DNA from: Eledone cirrhosa
Lineage: Eukaryota
Reading direction: 5' to 3'
Length of the DNA: 64,000 nucleotides
Assembly (NCBI GenBank): GCA_964016885.1
Contig: OZ024745.1
Span: 20,274,001 to 20,338,000 of the forward strand
A program made the translations under genes and the position numbers. Under the pieces are notes generated by a model, which saw nothing but the letters and a program-made list of their open reading frames with translations, was not told the DNA's origin and ran no database searches. Shown one piece after another: positions 57,268 through 64,000 of the stretch; position 1 is the first letter of the stretch; each line of letters begins with the position of its first letter.

Positions 57268-57852
57268 AATAAAATAACAAATAACAGTAGGCTGGAGTGG
57301 TGTAATCCCTTAAAAGGTTTATTATACTATGATCATTTAAGTGACCGGGTTCAGTATCAATCCGGTGACATCATCAGGTATTCGGAATTTAACAAAGGAA
57401 TATAAGGAATATAACAAAGGAATATAAGGAATTTAACAAAGGAATATAAGGAATATAACAAAGGAATATAAGAGACAAAATCCATGGGGCTTAAAAGCAG
57501 AGACAGGAAGGCGGCCGAACATTTAACAGCTTCTAGCCCGGTCGGCTCCCCTCAAGCCTGCTTTTCAGCCCATAGATTGTGTCTATTCTATTTCTTTGTT
57601 AAATTTCGAATACCTGATGATGTCACCGGATTCATACTGAACCCGGTCATTGAAATGTTCATAGTATAATAAACCTTTAAGGAATTACACCAGTCCAGCC
57701 TTCTGTTATTTTATAATAATTAACTCCATACTCGCACCACCACCTACACAAACGAAGACGGGTGGGTTGCATTACATTGAGTGCTCTCCCTAATATTACA
57801 TCAAGGTTGACTATACGGAATGAACAGTTCTATCCAGAGGTAAACCAACAAA

Positions 57853-57855
<3 letters not shown>
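57268..57855 (+). mobile_element. Older Penelope-like inverted-repeat element with an HHR in each arm
   Basis: Diverged inverted arms centred near 57535. The minus copy at 57324-57381 has GAAA changed to TAAA. Confidence 0.7.
57610..57667 (+). ncRNA. Minimal type I hammerhead ribozyme
   Basis: atac-CTGATGA-tgtcaccggattca tac tgaacccggtcatt-GAAA-tgttca-TA-gtat; the inverted copy has palindromic tgatca. Confidence 0.7.
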
Positions 57856-57901
<46 letters not shown>

Positions 57902-57993
57902 GTGTGTGTGTAAAAGGTAAGCAAAAATAACAAAACAAACAGCACAGTACATGAAAGGAATATATTAGTTCAACGCTATATATATATATATAT

Positions 57994-58430
57994 ATATTGT
58001 TATGCTTTGGGAGGGTCATGTAGCCAATAAGAAACACACGCACCAGTTGTTTCACTCCAATTTATTATAAATTAAATTTATAAATTTTCGGTTGGTTGGT
58101 TGGTTCCATAACCGGACGGTTGTTCATATAGTGTCAAAGAACAAAGAAAAGAAAACAAAGAAAAGAATCCCCAGTCACTGAAGAGGTCACAGAATGTGTG
58201 ACGAAAGAACTTTGACAATATATGAACAACCGTCCGGTTATAGAACCAACCAACCAACCAACCGGAAATCTATAAATTCTTGAATTTATAAATTTAATTT
58301 ATAATAAATTGGAGTGAAAGCAACTGGTGCGTGTGTTTCTTATTGGCAACATGACCCTCCCAAAGTATAACAATATCGGTTTCAACACACGTTTTCAGAT
58401 AAAGAATCTTGCTAAACAAATTCAGAAACG

Positions 58431-58432
<2 letters not shown>
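57994..58432 (+). mobile_element. Inverted-repeat element with an HHR in the spacer
   Basis: Arms 57994-58139 and 58210-58376; a related end fragment occurs at ~38697. Confidence 0.7.
58174..58216 (+). ncRNA. Minimal type I hammerhead ribozyme
   Basis: gtca-CTGAAGA-g gtcaca gaatg tgtgac-GAAA-gaac-TT-tgac. Confidence 0.7.
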
Positions 58433-58502
<70 letters not shown>

Positions 58503-58504
<2 letters not shown>

Positions 58505-58706
58505 CGAAGGAAATGTGGTAAGGAACCAGGTGGACCATAACGCACCAAAGTACTCAATACTTAGGATAGTAGAGTGGGTAATAGGAACGAGTAGGACCCC
58601 GACGGCTGAGCTCAAGCCGTTTCGACGGCTAATTCTGGACTAAAATGTTTAGTCCAGAATTAGCCGTCGAAACGGCTTGAACTCAGCCGTCGGGGTCCTA
58701 CTCGTT

Positions 58707-58711
<5 letters not shown>
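58503..58711 (-). mobile_element. Fold-back family P, copy 3
   Basis: ~65-bp near-perfect arms with a short loop, flanked by (TA)n. Confidence 0.7.
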
Positions 58712-58775
<64 letters not shown>

Positions 58776-59336
58776 TATATATATATTGTTTAGCATAAGA
58801 CTGCACTAGAAAACTCTTGCATGCAGTCCCTTGCACAGGAATCGAGTAAGACGTAGTTGTTAAAGGAAATTCTTACCACACACACACACACTCTCTCTCT
58901 CTCTCCTCTCTCACTCTCTCTCTCCTCTCACCCTCTCGCTCTCATATCTCTCTCTCCCGCCTCACTCTATCTCTCTCTCTCCCTCCCGCTTCTCTCTCTC
59001 TCGTTCTCATATCTCTCTCCCCCTTCTCCCCCAGTCCCCCTCCCCCCTCTCCCCCTATCCCTGTCTGTCTCCCCCCATCTCCACCCCTCCCTCCCCCACC
59101 TCATCTGTTGGTGTACGTATGTGGCATTGTGCCTCATGTGTTGAACTGCTGAACGTATTTCTGTAATTTATATATGAACGCCTATCACGCTGTGTCTGTA
59201 TATTTAGAGGCTTTTTATCACTGCTTTTATTATTATCATTATTATTAGTAGTACATTCACTTGCATAAATACATATTCATATATGTACGCACACCTACAT
59301 ACACATACTCATGCACTTAAACACACACACACACAC

Positions 59337-59424
<88 letters not shown>

Positions 59425-59490
59425 TCATACAGGCAACTGTATATGTAGGTATGTACGTAGTATGTATATATATATATGTACGTACGTATG

Positions 59491-59549
<59 letters not shown>

Positions 59550-59568
59550 ATGTATGTATGTATGTATG

Positions 59569-59609
<41 letters not shown>

Positions 59610-59650
59610 GTATGTATGTATATATATATATATACATATATATAAATATG

Positions 59651-59734
<84 letters not shown>

Positions 59735-60382
59735 TATATACACACATACACGGATAGATCTATCTATCCGTGTATGTGTGTGTACATGAGTGTAGTAAAA
59801 AATGAGTAAAGAGGGAGAGAAAGTGTGTATGTGTGTGTGTGTGTGAGAGAGAGTGTATGTGTGTGTGTGAGAGTGTATATGTGTGAGAGAGAGAGAGAGA
59901 GAGAGTGTATGTGTGTATGTGTGTGTGTAGTGAGATATGAAATGTCTATGCTAAGCCAAGGCCGTCGGAGAGGTGTTTAGAAGGCAGTGAACCGTGAACT
60001 ATGACGAATTTGTTATTTGGCCCAAACATCGATAAAAGTTTATCTTGAGAAGCGTGTTTAAAATCGAAGCAGGGACAGTTCATGTACTGGGTCAAAGGTG
60101 AAATAAAGGGAGATAAGTGAGATGTAACACAGCGAAATATCTTTCAGCTTCGTAAGTTAGACGACGATGGACAAAGATGACGGCTGTCTAGTCGACGGAG
60201 GTGTGAATAATAATAATAATAATTGTTTCTACTTTTTGGCACAAGTCCAGCAATTATCCCAGTGTATTACTGGTACTTTATTTTATCGACCCCGTATGGG
60301 ATAATAATGAGAAAGGATGAGGCGGGAGAGTAGAGCGATGATGATGATAGTGGTGATGTTCATGATGATGACGACAATGACT

Positions 60383-60437
<55 letters not shown>

Positions 60438-60618
60438 CCGTGATGACGATGATGATGATGATGACGGTTGATGATGATCCTGGCAGTAATCATGTGACCG
60501 GAGGCCACTGTTGATCATAAAGACATTGATAGAAGTGTAATAACTTCTCACATAATTATGGTGAAATTTCACTCCTAACAAAGGCATTATACAAACGGTT
60601 GTTGTTTAGCCCTGGGTC

Positions 60619-60935
60619 CAGGGCCAGATCTAATGGGAAGGGGGGCAAAGGGAGCAATTTCCTCAGACCACCTGCAGTGTGTGGTGGTGGTGGTGGTGGG
60701 GGGGGGGGGGGGGGACACACTAGCGAGGGCCCTAGCAATTTAATTGTGCTCTCAGCTGGGCTTTTTAGTTTTAGGATGGCTAGAATTTTAGAATTTAATA
60801 CCTGTATGTATAACTTTGTAACTCCTATTACTTGCCCAAGCAGACTTTGGTATGTACAATTGGGGGTTGCTGTGTATTTTTAGTTTTTGTGTATGAGGGG
60901 TCCCCCAAACATTAAGTGCCCCGCTCCCTCTCCCA
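60619..60935. mobile_element. hAT-like MITE related to 16252-16548
   Basis: Shared internal sequence in reverse orientation. Confidence 0.45.
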
Positions 60936-62004
60936 AACCAGTTTTTGTCACAATTACTAATATACACCACCAGTATTTCCACCAATATACTATCACCATC
61001 ACGTGTACCAGTAGTTCAATCCTCGTTGTTATTATCCACCTTCAGCACAGCACTTTCCTCCGCAACCGCCACCACAACTACCAGCATCACAACAGCAACA
61101 ACCGTAACAACCACCACCACTACCACCACCTCCCACCTCAAAAACATTCCCACCCCACCATCACCGCCATCACAACCACCACCACCACCACCACTCAACA
61201 ACTAGCTTACAGCATTCACCATCACCCGGAAATAATATAATAAATAAATCACGTATGCACACACTGAAACAGAAACATGTGCATACACATACACACACAC
61301 ACACACACAGACATATAAGCACAAACACACACCTACACATACGCACGCACGCAAACACACACACACATGCATATAAACACAAACACACAGATATACACAC
61401 ACGCCTATACACACACGCACACACACACACACAGGCACAAACACAAACGAAGAAGCACACACACACACACACAAACACAAACATATACACACACATGCAC
61501 ATACATACAGAGGTACACACACACACAAACACATACAGAAACACACCCATATATACACACGTATATATACACGCATATACACACACAGGCACAAACACAC
61601 AGAGAAAAACACGCACACACATACACGTATAGGCACAAACACACACAGAAAAACACGCACACACATACACGTATAGGCACAAACACACAGGCACAAACAC
61701 ACACACGCATACACGTTAGGCACAAACACACAGACACAAACACACACGCATACACGCACACAAACATCCACACACGCCCCCACACACTTGCAGAAAGCAA
61801 GTCTAAGAAATTGGGTTTGTCGTAAAGCAAGGAAAGTGGTTTTCTCATCCGAGAAATCCGGTGGTGGAAGATAAGAGCTATGGTTGGCGCCTGCAAGATT
61901 TGCAAGAGACAGGCTGGAGGTTTTGTCTCCGTTTTAAAGGTTGCAAAGTTCGTAGGAGGACTTGCTTTCACGACCTATCGCACCTAACTTACGAGGAAGT
62001 CATT

Positions 62005-62043
62005 GGTGATGATGATGATGGTGTTAAAGATGATGATGATGAA

Positions 62044-62081
<38 letters not shown>

Positions 62082-62223
62082 CGATGGTGATGATATGGGT
62101 GATGACGATGGTGATGATGATGATGATGATGGTGATGTTGATGACGATGATGATGAAGATGATGACGATGGTGATGACGACGATGATGATGATGATGACG
62201 ATGATGATGATGATGATGATGAC

Positions 62224-62258
<35 letters not shown>

Positions 62259-62436
62259 CGACGATGATGATGATGATGATGATGATGACGACGATGATGA
62301 TGATGGTGATGATGATGATGACGATGATGATGATGATGACGATGATGATGATGATGATGATGACGATGGCGATGATGATGATGATGACGATGATGATGAT
62401 GATGACGATGATGATGGTGATGGCGATGGTGATGGT
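62005..62436. repeat. (GAT/GAC)n repeat
   Basis: Direct reading of the sequence. Confidence 0.95.
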
Positions 62437-62793
62437 GTTAGCGGCATTTGGTGGGTTTGGTGATGTATTGGGAGGGAGGCAGGGTGACACTGACTGTGAG
62501 CTTGCGTTGGTACAATCTTGCATGATTGGCGGCGCTGCGCCGGCTGATGTTAATAAATGCATTGAACGAACTGTTGTGATCGCCTCAGAGGTTGAACAGG
62601 GGGAGTGAACTCTCCTGCGTCGTTGATGGATGGGGTTGGTGACTGCAAATCGATGGATTTTTAATCTGTTCGCTTGTATGTATAAATAATATATATATGG
62701 ACACATGTACACATGCAGTCATGTATGCTTTCTACATGCCTACACATACCACACACACAAACACACTCGTAAAAATATATATTTACGCATATA

Positions 62794-62911
<118 letters not shown>

Positions 62912-63072
62912 CGCACACGTATAGTCACACTCAGACTTACACATACTTATATATAGATATGTGTGCTTGTGTTAGTGTGATTATATATATATATGCATAT
63001 ATATGTGCATAAGTGTATAATATATATATATATATATGTATGTATATATATGTATATATATATATATGTATA

Positions 63073-63201
<129 letters not shown>

Positions 63202-63203
63202 GC

Positions 63204-63237
<34 letters not shown>

Positions 63238-63266
63238 GCATATATATATATATATATATGTATACA

Positions 63267-63303
<37 letters not shown>

Positions 63304-63322
63304 GTATATATATATATACATG

Positions 63323-63445
<123 letters not shown>

Positions 63446-63614
63446 GCATATATATACATATATATGTGTGTGTGTATGTAGGTGTGTGTAAGTATATGTG
63501 ACTGCATGTGTACATATGTTCGTATAGGTCGCCATGTGTATGTCTGTGCTCTACGTATTTTATGTGTGCGTATTACAACGCATGTCCATATACATAACAT
63601 GATACAGTGCCACA

Positions 63615-64000
63615 CACATGTGTATGTAGGAGCGTGTACATGTGTATGTAGGCGTGTGTACATGTGTATGTAGGTGTGTGTACATGTGTATGTAGGTGTG
63701 TGTACATGTGTATGTAGGCGTGTATACATGTGTATGTAGGTGTGTGTACATGTGTATGTAGGTGTGTGTACATGTGTATGTAGGCGTGTATACATGTGTA
63801 TGTAGGTGTGTGTACATGTGTATGTAGGTGTGTATACATGTGTATGTAGGCGTGTGTACATGTGTATGTAGGTGTGTGTATATGTGTATGTAGGTGTGTG
63901 TACATATGTATGTAGGCGTGTGTACATGTGCATGTAGGCGTGTGTACATGTGCATGTAGGCGTGTGTACATGTGTATGTAGGCGTGTGTACATATGTATG
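63615..64000. repeat. 22-bp minisatellite (tgtacatgtgtatgtaggygtg)
   Basis: Direct reading; runs off the window end. Confidence 0.9.

Overview
This is AT-rich eukaryotic genomic DNA with abundant microsatellites. It is most likely from an octopod cephalopod, inferred from the dominant tRNA-derived SINE family. I can support no intact host protein-coding gene; nearly all listed ORFs are translated simple repeats. The window holds one tRNA-Ser(CGA) gene, a decayed R4/Dong-type non-LTR retrotransposon and five copies of a ~600-bp non-autonomous RTE-derived element. It also holds RTE, Tx1 and CRE-type LINE fragments, many SINEs, mariner- and hAT-like MITEs and several minisatellites. The most notable signal is non-coding: seven distinct type I hammerhead ribozyme (HHR) motifs (ten copies counting inverted ones) plus degenerate relatives. 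They sit in short Penelope-like/retrozyme-like elements, mostly inserted in (TA)n tracts and often as fold-back inverted repeats, clustered at about 40-43 kb and 56-59 kb. One lies in a 739-bp direct-repeat unit and has an unusually large branched stem II. All structures were folded by eye, no searches were run, and boundaries are approximate.
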